The notes under the pieces were generated by a model, which saw only the letters and a list, made by a program, of their open reading frames with translations, was not told the DNA's origin and did not search any database. Below are positions 48,201 through 59,170 of a DNA stretch of 64,000 nt, one piece after another; position 1 is the first letter of the stretch, and every line of letters starts with the position of its first letter. A program made the translations under genes and the position numbers. This stretch comes from Botryllus schlosseri (taxonomy: Eukaryota). The stretch is from positions 1,550,001-1,614,000 of the forward strand of contig CM119372.1 of assembly GCA_051294905.1 (NCBI GenBank), read 5' to 3'.

Positions 48201-50871
48201 ATTCTGATTGATAAGTTAACGCAAGTGGCAAGCGGCATATAATTACAGTACTCAAAAAACTCATCTTTTACTATTCGACTAGAATCACGAGAAATGATAC
48301 TAGCGTCACCATACTTCGAGATCCGGAAAAGAGCGGACTTTTTAAACAACTTTGAAAGCTGAAATACCGGAAAAATAATATGGTTGACTTCAAAATTTTT
48401 CGACCAATAATACCTGTGTTGACTAAAAAAAGAAAAAAAAAGAAACAAAGGTCATCCGTTCGACTCGACCTCCGTTTTGCCCGTTCTTTACGAAACTCAG
48501 TCGTATGCTACGTCGATGTCGCGGTTTCTAGAAAAAGAGGAAGCATTCCCAAACAAGAAGACATTGATGCGTCCTATGAGGACACAATTTATTGAAAGAA
48601 TCCTCTGAAAAGAGAACGAATGGTAACCCTAATTATTACTCGATTCAGACTTGAGTGCTCTACTGATTCATTGTTGCCAGGGCTAGTTACAATTGCTGAT
48701 TATTTCACTTTCTCATCATGCCCTTCGCAATTCATTGCATTCATTTCATGTGCTTGACCGGCGTGACTTGTTAGTACTATCTATCGATCATTATCTAATG
48801 AACTGTTTGAAGTATGTACGGCAACGTGCGAATCTGAAACGCTATATTAATAATGACAGTCTTTTTAATACAGTAGACCTATTAACTAGTGAATGCATGT
48901 TGGATCATGTCATTCAATATGTCATGGAAACAAGGCGTTTTATTTAAATGTTTATATCTCTGAATTCGTAGTGGTTATGTCTCCGAATTGGATGTGTGCC
49001 TACAGATCACTCAAATATGCCTGTGTATGCCTCTGTCGACGATTTTTTTTTTTCATCATTCTAATATTTCTTGGATCAAAAGTTCGTGCATTTCTCATAT
49101 GCATGCTATGGTGTGACGCAAAAGGCTTTATTGTGAAAAGCGTCACTATCTTTTCATCGTTTTTATCAATAATAATAATAATAATATTAATAATAATAAT
49201 AATAATTTTTGGGAAACACTTGACAAAAAATATTACCGCCAGGGGTACATTCTGCTACGCTTGCACAGTAAGGGAATCCATTATTTCGACAGTAGTGGGA
49301 AATTTATTTATTGATTTCACTATTTCGAGTTATTTTCAGGCAGAGCAAGCTAGTCTGCTAACTTCTGTTTTCTGGACCGGTTTTGCAATCGGTCGCGGAA
49401 CTGGAATCATAACGTCGAAATATTTGAAGCCCGCCACCATCATTATTCTCGATCTCATAGGAACTACGTCAATAATAGTAAGTTTCGTAATACTTTTATT
49501 CTGGGCTATATATTTACACTCGAATTTCTTTTTCCTCAAGCTTGATGAAAACAAATAAAAAAAGGATGTAGGCCTATATTAAAATATCACTGTCAAAATA
49601 TGTTGTTATTTACTACATATACATTCTTTTCGTATTTTGTGATTTCATAATGACATTTTTGACTTGATATTAATGCGGCCGCGCAAGGATCGTTCGTTAT
49701 GCTCCGTTCAAGCATTTTGTGATCATTGGTTTAAATTTGAATAAAATCTGTGTGCCTGAACGTTTCGAAAGCAGTGTAATGACTAGCATTTATCTTATAA
49801 AATTGAAATCTATGTAAGATGTAAAGTGATCGTATGATTATATTTTTATGAATATCCGTTACGTCCACTTTTTGGCTACTTATGCAGACGCTGATGTGCA
49901 TATGGGGGGAGCAATCCGCCATATTGACATGGATAGTGACCTTCATACATGGACTTTCAATCGCTACCATGTATTCAGCCGGTAAGCTTTCGACATTTCC
50001 TAGCCTTTGAGATCAAGTTAAGTATGAATTACCCATGAACATGGATTGTGAAGATGTAAATAATTTTCTGTTTTGACATTATTGCTATTGCTTACTATGT
50101 AGAAATGATCCAATTTATCGTCTTTGTCATGCATCCAGACGCATGCATGGTTCAACTGCAAGTACAGAGTTTGTGGTTCCTATCTTTCAAGGTAACATAT
50201 ACAAAGGAACGTTAAATACTCAGATATATCAGTTATTTTCTAGATTGTATCTTCTTCACAAATGCCCCAACCAGACTTGTGCAAACTACTGGATTCACAA
50301 AAAGGGCAACTAGAACTATATAAGTATACTAAAAACAATAGTTACTTGACCATCAAGATTGATAGCTTGTAAATTGTAGCCTACATTGTACAAGCCTGGC
50401 CTAACGACATTCATTACATACCGACCCCCCTGTTCGCATATAACCATCACGTAAGAACCCTCCATCTAATATATCCCGCTTTATTTCAGGGGTTTCTTGG
50501 ACGTCGGAAGTCACAAATATGGCGGGGACCTACATATTTGTATTTTCCATTGGTGGAACCGTGGGTGGATTCTCAATGTTGCCGGCAGGAGGAGTACTTT
50601 TTGACAAAGAACCCTTTTCTGTGGTATGATGCTACTAATTACTCAATAATACACTCGACAATGGTTCGAACGTCCTTTCGTTCTTTAGATGTATCTCATA
50701 CTCGGATGTTGCGTCTTTAACATCATATTTTTCATCTTGATGAATGTCATCTGGAAATGGCGCATACGTCGCGGCATTGGATATCAGCCCGAACAGAACC
50801 AGCAGGATCAATTTAAAGGCAATTCGAACGCAGGATTTGAGATTGAAGAGTCCAAATACACGGAGTTTTAA
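36248..50871 (+). CDS. MFSD4: MFSD4/NaGLT1-like MFS transporter, paralog C (complete, about 494 aa)
   Basis: Exons: 36248-36275 (tentative), 36804-36901, 37760-37937, 38045-38161, 45775-45882, 46088-46213, 46923-47060, 47121-47263, 49340-49477, 49888-49981, 50490-50623, 50689-50871 (TAA). The total of 1485 nt is in frame. Motifs include GPTLLFLA, WG-EKSRPYLQSVHFGFSIGALLAPII and FWTGFAIGRG. AATAAA lies at about 50979-50988. Confidence 0.92.
37348..37753. mobile_element. CTAAT-rich MITE, copy 4 (gene C intron 2, at the acceptor)
   Basis: CAGACTTGGACAAC...TGTCCAACT(CT), flanked by CATCGCAG and CTTCACAG. Confidence 0.8.
39295..42592. mobile_element. Nested hAT-like element (level 2)
   Basis: CAGGGCCGTAAC...GTTACGGGCCTG with TSD GTAGCAAT/GTAACAAT. 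It contains an internal duplication (about 39480-39650 vs 39801-39975). Confidence 0.85.
40140..42350. mobile_element. Nested hAT-like element (level 3)
   Basis: TAGGGTTCCGGTTTAAATCA...TGATTTAAACCAGAACCCTA, subterminal GATTTAAATCA repeats and TSD TGTATTTG on both sides. Confidence 0.9.
43502..45582 (+). mobile_element. Defective hAT element with internal about 199-bp tandem repeats and transposase traces
   Basis: TIR CAGTGGCGGCTCGT...ACGAGCCGCCACTG with TSD AGTGTCCG on both sides. The relic VIKDFATMKSRR (about 45308-45343) resembles hAT transposase C-termini. Repeat cores lie at 44057, 44256 and 44455. Confidence 0.88.
47387..48685. mobile_element. Non-autonomous hAT-like element in gene C intron 8
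   Basis: TAGGGCCGGGCAA...TTGCCAGGGCTA (degenerate TIR) with TSD GTTACAAT on both sides. Confidence 0.75.
47643..48082. mobile_element. MITE with about 70-bp TIRs nested in 47387-48685
   Basis: TAGGGTTGTTCGAAAATAAC...GTTATTTTTGAACAACCCTA with TSD CTTCGCAG on both sides. Confidence 0.92.
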
Positions 50872-53800
50872 CAAATACCATATTATTGTACTGATGCACT
50901 ACGACTATAGTATACCACGCAGTGATATTTCCTCAGGGTGAATTTATTGTAGCGTGTGAATCAAGCTATCAATCAATCAATAAATAAAAGAAAATATAAA
51001 TGACTGCTGCGTTGTTACACTACTCCAAGTCATTTCGACACTTTCCCATATCTTTTCATTGCATCGCAATCTTGAGGCGCTTTAAAATGATGAAATTATA
51101 ATAAAATGAACCGGGGGAAAAATTTCGGGTTTCGCAGTACATAAGCCGGATATAGTTCCTAGGAGATATATCATGGATCTGCGTGTAGGGTTGGGACTTC
51201 GGGAACAAATTTGAAATCCCGGGATCGGGATTTCCCGGGATTTGCGCTTCTCAATCCCGGGATTAGTAAAGTAGTAAAATACACATACAAGCTACACACA
51301 CAACATATATTACTTGTAGTGTTGACGAAAAAACATGCTCCCGTGAATACGAATGAAATCCAGCGACCGAAGGCCACCCGGATAATGAGTGTTTAAATTC
51401 ATGTACCGCCTGTTTCGTGTAGAAAATGATTCGTCAAATGTGATCGAAAAACATCCAATGCTGCGTTTCATTGCCATAAGCTTTCTTCCGCACACTTACG
51501 GATTTATTTGCTGTGCTCGACCACCAAGTCATGAGCCCGTATGCGACATCTTGACAAGTCACAGCCATAAGCCTTGAAGGCCCGACGAATTTGCTCACTT
51601 TGGGTAATTGAAGAAATGTTGACCCGTTCACAGCAGTTAACTTGTTAAGAAATTCATCGAGGAGAGGCTTATGAGTAGTGTTATCATCTGGGTTATAGAC
51701 CGCCCCTCAGGCTATTTAGAATGTAAACACTCTCATAATATAAGTAACCTCGGACTATGGCCGGTCCATGCTTCCGAGAAATAAATAACATTAATTATAC
51801 GTTAGATGATACTTTCCTTAGATATTCTATTATGTGTATTTAGGACCAATATTCTAATATGTGTATTTGGGACTAATGCGACTACTTCGAAAACGCGTAC
51901 TGAGCAGTTTTTGGGAATATGAATTCTGGCTTATTCTTATGTGAATTTAGAACTTTGTATTTTCGCGGATCAATAATAAATTAATGTTCATTTATTTCGA
52001 AAAAAGAGCATAATACATCAGTAATAGCGTTAACGTCACAATCGAATAATACTCATCAACGTTGAACTATTGCCGCGGTTTTATGTTGATTACGCTTTTC
52101 GTATCTTCTAACACTTTACTCAGTCTCATAGAAATAGCATTGTATAGTGTACGATTTTATTTCGAAAAAAGAGCATATCAATGATATCGTTGATCGTTAT
52201 TGCGTTATTACGCGCGGGAATGTTTTTTTATGCTTATACAACTCAACGAATACCCATCGGCCTGCTTACTACATTTTAAAGATTCTCTCCGCTATTGTGT
52301 ATACAAGAATATACTTCTCTTAGTAAGCAATTTCTCGTGAATTCCGAAGCACATTGACGTGTGTTAACTTCTGTATTAGGTTATAATATCATTTTCATGT
52401 CTGATAATGTTACTTGTCAAGGTGATACAAACGTAAGCTCAAACTACTTTAAAATTTAAAGTCTTACTGAATTTTATCTAAAACTGAAACTGTCAAGTAC
52501 CGATAAAGCACTCTAAACTCTAGTCACTTTTTACGTGGAGGGAGTACATAGCGAAGTACTTGTACACTTTGGAGTACTCAAGTATAGGTTTGGCCTGATT
52601 GCGCTATACTGAATGAAGTGATTAACTATTTACACTGCATCTACTTCTATTTCAGAGTTTTACGGTTTTCGAGCGAACAATACCTTCAATACATACTTTT
52701 TAACTCGCTCGGAAATCATCACTTCTTGTACTTTACTAGAAATTTACTGCTACTAAATGTTGAAATGTACTGTTTTCAGTGGTCCTGATGAGTGCTGCTA
52801 GTTTCCTCTATATCCGACGACGCATTTTCGCGCCGCAGAATGACTTATCGCAATAAAAATAACAAAAATACTTCGAGAATTTGCGAACTCTCACTGCGCA
52901 ATATTTAAGTTTTACGAAGTACCCTTCAAAGTGACCCTACATCTTGGATATTATCCAAAACCCCATAAAATTTCGCTTCGAGCGAGGAATCCTTTAAAAT
53001 AAGGTAGAAGCAGTCATTTCCGAGTAAGTAAAACGTTAGTACTCTAGGTCTATTTCTGTTTTATACTGTAGCTATCATGAAGTTGATGTACTCCAATAAG
53101 GACTTGAGAGTATTTGGTGCATGTAGGCAAAAAACCTACTTGGGTATTCTCAAGAAGTACGTGTACTTCTATACTTAACAACTCTGAATGTTAGCGCGGT
53201 TTGTGGCATTTGTATGCGATCAAAGTTTGCGTGCTTCTCGCGTACCTTATGATAGTAGTTTTCCTCTTCTATCTACTTTACAAGATTCAGTGTAGAAGTT
53301 TAGTGAAAGTGTAAGAGTTTAGCAAAAGCAGTTTTTGATGATAGCACTTGTCAAAGTGATACAAACGTAACCTCAAGCTACTTTAAAATATAAAGTCCTA
53401 AAAACCGCTAAGTATAGAAGTGTAAATAATCTACAAACATAACCACCTATATTAGTTACTTTTTAATCCCTAATTGTACTTGTATTCCAGCAAAATTACG
53501 AATCGTTGAGTATCGAGCGATAGCCTGTATCATACTTGCGGAAAATAGGGATTAAGTACTCGAGTGTCAAATTAGAGTAAATTGAGTAAACTTTAGAGGT
53601 TATTAGTGATTCTGCTGGAGTTTATATGAAGGGAAGTCCTGATAAAACCTTGATTATTTCAGAAAAGAATAGAGGGCTTCTGTCGATATTTTGATAGTCT
53701 CCGTCGTACTGTCGGATGTCATGAAATTGTATACATACCATCTAGTGCTACGCGAAATTTCCAGGTTGGTACTCAATGGTTCTGTTAGTAACTATATGGA

Positions 53801-54196
53801 ATGTATGGGAGTCGAATTGGAGCGTAAAGTATGCTCCTATGGCATAGAGCCCTTCGAAATGAGTCCACATACCTCGTAAAATTCCACTCCAAGCGCTGCG
53901 GCTCAGCTCAAGCGAACAAGTATTTCGTACTTTAGGATTCAAATCATCTTTCTTATGATAAATTAACATAGGGAGAATTAATCAGAAAATTTTGTAGAGT
54001 ACCGTAGGCATCGATACATTGAGTGAAATGGGTTCCCTTATCTTAAATTGAAACTGACAGAATAAATCGAAACAATTTGCAGATTCCTTCAAGACATAGC
54101 TCAGGCTGAGATCATAGCCTAATAACGAGGGCTTCGAGTGGGATGTTATAGGAAGCAAGACGAATCATTATAAAGTGTTGAAACTTAATTACATCT

Positions 54197-56330
54197 GTAA
54201 TTCCGTCATTAAAGTTGACTACGCATAGGTACGTGCTACGCTCCCGCAAACAGATTCACGTGAAATCGGTATAGAACTGCGTTAGTTTTAAAGGTGTTCC
54301 ATCATGAAATGTGTGATGAAATTTGATATGTTCCATTGTCATAATGTCCTACACCTGTGAACCAATTTTCAAGTTGCGCATTCAATGTATAGCATGGTCA
54401 TTTCGTTATTAAAGTTGTTCAGGAATAGGTACATGCTACTCTCCCGCAAAAGTCGCTGTCGAATTGCGCTAGTTTTAAAGTTGTTCAATCATGAAATGCG
54501 TAACCGAATTTGACATGGTGCATTGTGTTACAACTGCGTACCGAGTTTCAAGGTGGGGAGTCGATTATCAACATGGTAATTTCGTTATTAAAGTTGACTA
54601 TGTATACTGTATAGCTACGTGCTACGCTACGGACAAATAGATTTAGTCAAAAGTCGGTATAGAACTGCGTTGGTTTTAAAGGTGTTACATCATGAAATGT
54701 CTGACGAAATTTGGTATGGTGTATATTCATTATGTCCTACAACTGCATGCGTACCAAGTTTCAGGGTGGGGATTTGATTATAAGCATGGTACTTCCGTTA
54801 TTGAAGCTTACTATGTATAGGTACGTGCTACGCTACCGAAAAACAGATTTACGCAAAAGTCTGTAGAGAACTGCGTTAGTTTTAAAGGTGTTACATCATG
54901 AAAAATCGACGGATATTGTGTGTTCTGGTGTGTGTGTGTGTGTCTGTGTGTGTTCCGGTTCGTGCTTTAGCCTCCCACAGAGTCAATATGTTGAAATTAG
55001 CAACCTCCATGACTTTGGTAACTGCTTGGTACACGGATAATGGTTGAATTTATGTCCCCGTCGCGCTAACAAATCCGGGTTACTTGTGAGTTTTCTCATA
55101 CATGTTTACTATATTGTGTCACTCTTTATTGGTCAATACATATCCCACCGTTCAGTTTGAAATCGGAAACCCGAGAAAGTATTAACCGGATCCGGATATC
55201 AACTCTGAATCGACAAACCAATGAACAATATTCAAACATGTTACACCCTCGTGTTTCCATGAAAATAACAAGACATTACACATCCAGTATACTTCACGAT
55301 TGTTCATAGATACCAAGTATTCGCGTAAAGGAGGTGTGTGACATTACATACATCATGGATAACATCATGGCCGGCACTACAAGCATCATGGATTACAAAT
55401 TCATGTTCTGAAGTCTCATACATGCACCGACTCTGTACATTCAATGTGGGGGTAGCTGACTTGGAGACAGAAAAACACACATATTTGACCGTAACATGGT
55501 CTTAGTATGAACCGTCATGCATTCGACTTGCGGAAAAATGTGTCGCACACTATTTCACCGAGATTATAACCCTTTCACGGTTCACAACTTGATATATCAA
55601 CTTCACAGGGTAGTTCGGATTCTCAGGTAGACTTGAATCGTGATCCGGATCTCGGAATATAGTAAAATCGGGGTATGTAGTTTAATTACTCACTCACTAC
55701 TCTATATGTTGGTGGTGGTCATACCCTGCAAACTTTTTTTGGTGTGAACGTAGTGTTTCACCTTACATCAGTTGGTTCAATGTATGTACCGGGTTGTGAA
55801 AACTGTCGCTGTTTTGACTATGTGTCACAATCAATACTAAATACGAGAATTCGTTACTCGTCGAAACGCCGCAGTCAGACATCGTTAACAGCGATTCCGT
55901 GTATGGCAATCTTGAGTTACCGTTATTAAAGTTGAGTATGCATAGGTACGTGCTACGCTCTCGCAAAGGTCGGTATGGAACTACGTTAGTTTAAAAGTTG
56001 TTCAATCATGAAATGCGTAACAAATTAGACATGGTGCATTGTCATAATGTCTTACAACTGCGTACCGAGTTTCAAGGTGGGGAGTCGATTATTAATATGG
56101 TAATTCCGTTATTAAAGTTGACGATGTATAGGTACGTGCTACGCTACGGAAAAACAGATTTAGCCAAAAGTCCGTATAGAACTGCGTTGGTTTTAAAGGT
56201 GTTACATCATGGAATGCCTGATGAAATTTGGTATGGTGCATTGTTATTATGTCCTACAACTGCGTACCAACGTTCAAGGTGAGAATTTAATGTTTAACAT
56301 GCTAATTCTGTTACTAAAATTGACTATGTA
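54197..56330 (+). repeat. About 180-213-bp satellite-like tandem repeat (two blocks, 54197-54902 and about 55915-56330)
   Basis: The monomer core GTAATTYCGTTATTAAAGTTGAC...GTGCTACGCT...GTTTTAAAG...CATGAAAT recurs at 54197, 54397, 54576, 54789, about 55915, 56100 and 56302. Confidence 0.9.
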
Positions 56331-57467
56331 TCGGTAAAAACGTCGTGTAAAGGTAAAGTACTTGTACATTTCGTAGTGCTCAAGTATAAGTTTTTAACCT
56401 GTTAACTTGACAAAACTTTCAAGTACTACTTAAAGTGTTATAAAATATGAAAATGTGTACAAGTAGAATTATTATTATGTCATGAATAAGTAGTTTACAA
56501 ATTCATACGATTTTTCTTGTTGCGTTCCGGGGATTTGCATAAGTTTCATCGATATCGTACAATGCGTTTACGCGGTCCAGAATGACTTATGGCGATGAAA
56601 AAATAGCAAAAATGGTCTATTGAGCATTGAGCACGGTTCAAGAACTATGATATTCCTGTACTTGCACTTCGAAATGGTTTACTGACCGTCGGTTCATTTA
56701 GATACCTAAGCTACTTTAAAATTAGTACTCGAGTATTTGCCTCAATTATACTATTGGGTAGTTATAGCCAGAGGGATTCGATGGTGACGTACTAGTATAA
56801 TGCACATTTTGGAGAGATTAAGTAAAGCAATGATCTCAGATAAATCCGTTAAATTAAGGCAGAAGTAGCAATTTACGAAGAAAGTTAGCATTCTAGGCCT
56901 ATAATTCTGTTTAATACGGAAAATGTCATGAAGTTGAAGCGAACGGAAATCATAAACACTTTAGTATTAGGTCCATATACGTGATAAGCTACTTTAGTAT
57001 TCTGATGGTTTGGGATAAAATGTAATTTTTCGTGCTTTTTTATTTTTTAATAAAATCAGTATTCATTTTACAGAAACATCGTGTGAAGGTAAAGTACTTG
57101 TACATTTCGAAGTACTCAAGTATAAGTTCTGGTCAGCTAAATTTCGATGTCATAGAAATACCACAAACTGTGCAACTTGTACTTCTTCAGAGTACTCAAT
57201 TAGGTTTTTAGCTATATGCAACAAATACTTTCGGGTGTTTTTGATATTGGACTGCTTCAACTCCATGGTAATTATAGTATTAAGCAGAAATGAACCTACA
57301 ATACGAACGTTTTACTTACTCGGAAATGACTACTTTTACGTTAATTTATAAAACTCAAGTAAAGCTCACGAAATCCATAGTGTAAACGTCTCTAATGCGC
57401 TGAAAAAGGCAGAAAAAGTACTCAATACGCTACATTTGAATCTAAAAATATTAATTCTCGTAAAACG

Positions 57468-57897
57468 TAGTGGGTGTGGGATTCGAACCTATATGTGAAC
57501 ACTTGTTCATTGGAACTTAAATCCAACGCCAAAAAGCTATACTTTACAAAAATTTTGGAGTACTGACTTTTTTAGGTAAATTCTGTTACGCGCTTAGTTA
57601 CTAACTCTGAAAGCCAGCAAAGTTTGTGGTATTCGATCAATATGGAAATTCGTGCACTTTGCGTTTAGGTTGTGTTGTAAACATGAGTAACTTATAACAC
57701 TTGTTCATTGAAACTCAAGTCCAACGCCTTAACCGCTCGCTCAAGCCAGTTCCGTTGCTACGATATCTGAGAAATCTATTAATTTAGGGTAGAAATAACT
57801 ATTTCCAAGTAAGTTTCACGAAGTCTCGATACGCTATATTTAATCTAAAAATTAATATTAATCCCCATAAAACGTACTGGGTGTGGGGTTCGAAGCC
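57468..57897 (-). pseudogene. Three degenerate tRNA-Leu(TAA)-like fragments (57468-57530, 57696-57750, 57875-57897)
   Basis: The - strand reads GGCGTTGGATTTAAGTTCCAATGAACAAGTGTTC...GGTTCGAATCCCAC, CGAGCGGTTAAGGCGTTGGACTTGAG... and TTCGAACCCCACACCCAGTA followed by a T4 run. These match the D arm, anticodon arm, long variable arm and T arm of eukaryotic tRNA-Leu(UAA). None is complete. Confidence 0.72.
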
Positions 57898-58834
57898 TAG
57901 AATAATAAGCGGATCGTGATTGAAAATAGAAGGAGGATCACTGGATTAACGTTTATGGAATACTCCGCAATGTAAAATTAGTATATACTGCACAAAATCC
58001 AGAGTGTAAGAGTCTTTACTGCATCGGAATAGTGTAGTTTTCCATCTACTTTACAAAATTTATACGATTTTTCTTGCTACGTTCCGGGATAAAATGTAAT
58101 TTTTCGCACTTTTTAATTTTTAATAAAATTAGTATCCATTATACAAAAACGACGTGTAAAGGTAAAGTACGAATACAAGTACAAGTAGAGATTTCAAAGT
58201 AAGTAAGTGGTTATGTTCGTAGACTAACCCCACTTCTACGTAACGATTTTTCAGTAAGTAGTCATGTTTCTAGGCTACTTTTACTTCTATTTAACGAGTT
58301 TTCATACAAACCTGCTTTCTTTAAAATGACATTCAAGTAGGCTACTTACTTTAGATTATTAAAAGTATAGTGATTGAAAATAGATCACTGGATTATAGTT
58401 TACAGAAAACTCCACAATTCTATGTGACGTCCTTGCATGCCAACAACCTTCGAACTATTCGCCACCTCATAAACACTTGAGTAGGCCTACATTTGATGCG
58501 TGTGGGGAAAAACCTAGTCAAATTTTCATGTGCATTTAGTTTCCAGCTCTGAAAGCAAGCTTGGTCTATGATCAATAGCAACTTTTGCGTAAACTCCGTT
58601 CTATTTCACTTCATACCTATACAATGTAGATAGTCTATTCGAATAATTCGATGTATAATTGAACTTTCCTCTGCATGATCATTAGGGCTTCTATTTTTTG
58701 TTGCAGGGCAACTTTGTTGTAGCCGAAAGCGGTATTATCTAGCAACAAGGTTTAAATGACTCGCCTCCGGCGTTTATTGACAGTATTACCCGTATTCTCG
58801 TCATGCAAAAATTATGCATGTATTAGTATGAAGC

Positions 58835-59170
58835 TCAGATGCAGCAAAGTGTGTCAGACTGGCTGTAAAATGACGCGAAGCAGCGACTCTAATTTCTCGG
58901 CTTATAGCAAACAACGACGCTGAAATTCTACTTCAGACGCAGCAAAGTGGGTGAGACTGCCTGTAAAAATTGCGCGAAGGTACATTTCTCGGCTTATAAC
59001 AAATAACGACGCTGAAATTCTACTTCAGATGCAGAAAAGTTAATGCGTTTGGCTATATAAATTGCGCGAAGGTGCATTTTCCGGCTTATAGCGAATAACG
59101 ACGCTGAAATTCTACTTCAGATACAGCAAATGCAGCAAAGTCTGCGCGAATAGCCGCATAAATTGCGAAA
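58835..59170 (+). repeat. 92-bp tandem repeat, about 3.5 copies, near the right TIR of the Polinton-like element
   Basis: AACGACGCTGAAATTCTACTTCAGA occurs at 58913, 59005 and 59097. Confidence 0.88.

Noticed and set aside
48893..49558. 221-aa hydrophobic ORF
   Set aside because: It is gene C exon 9 extended by AT-rich intron sequence, and the poly-Ile stretch is an (AAT)n microsatellite.
58835..59170. CRISPR-like array (constant 25-mer at regular spacing)
   Set aside because: The intervening sequences are similar to each other rather than unique spacers, the context is eukaryotic, and there are no cas genes.
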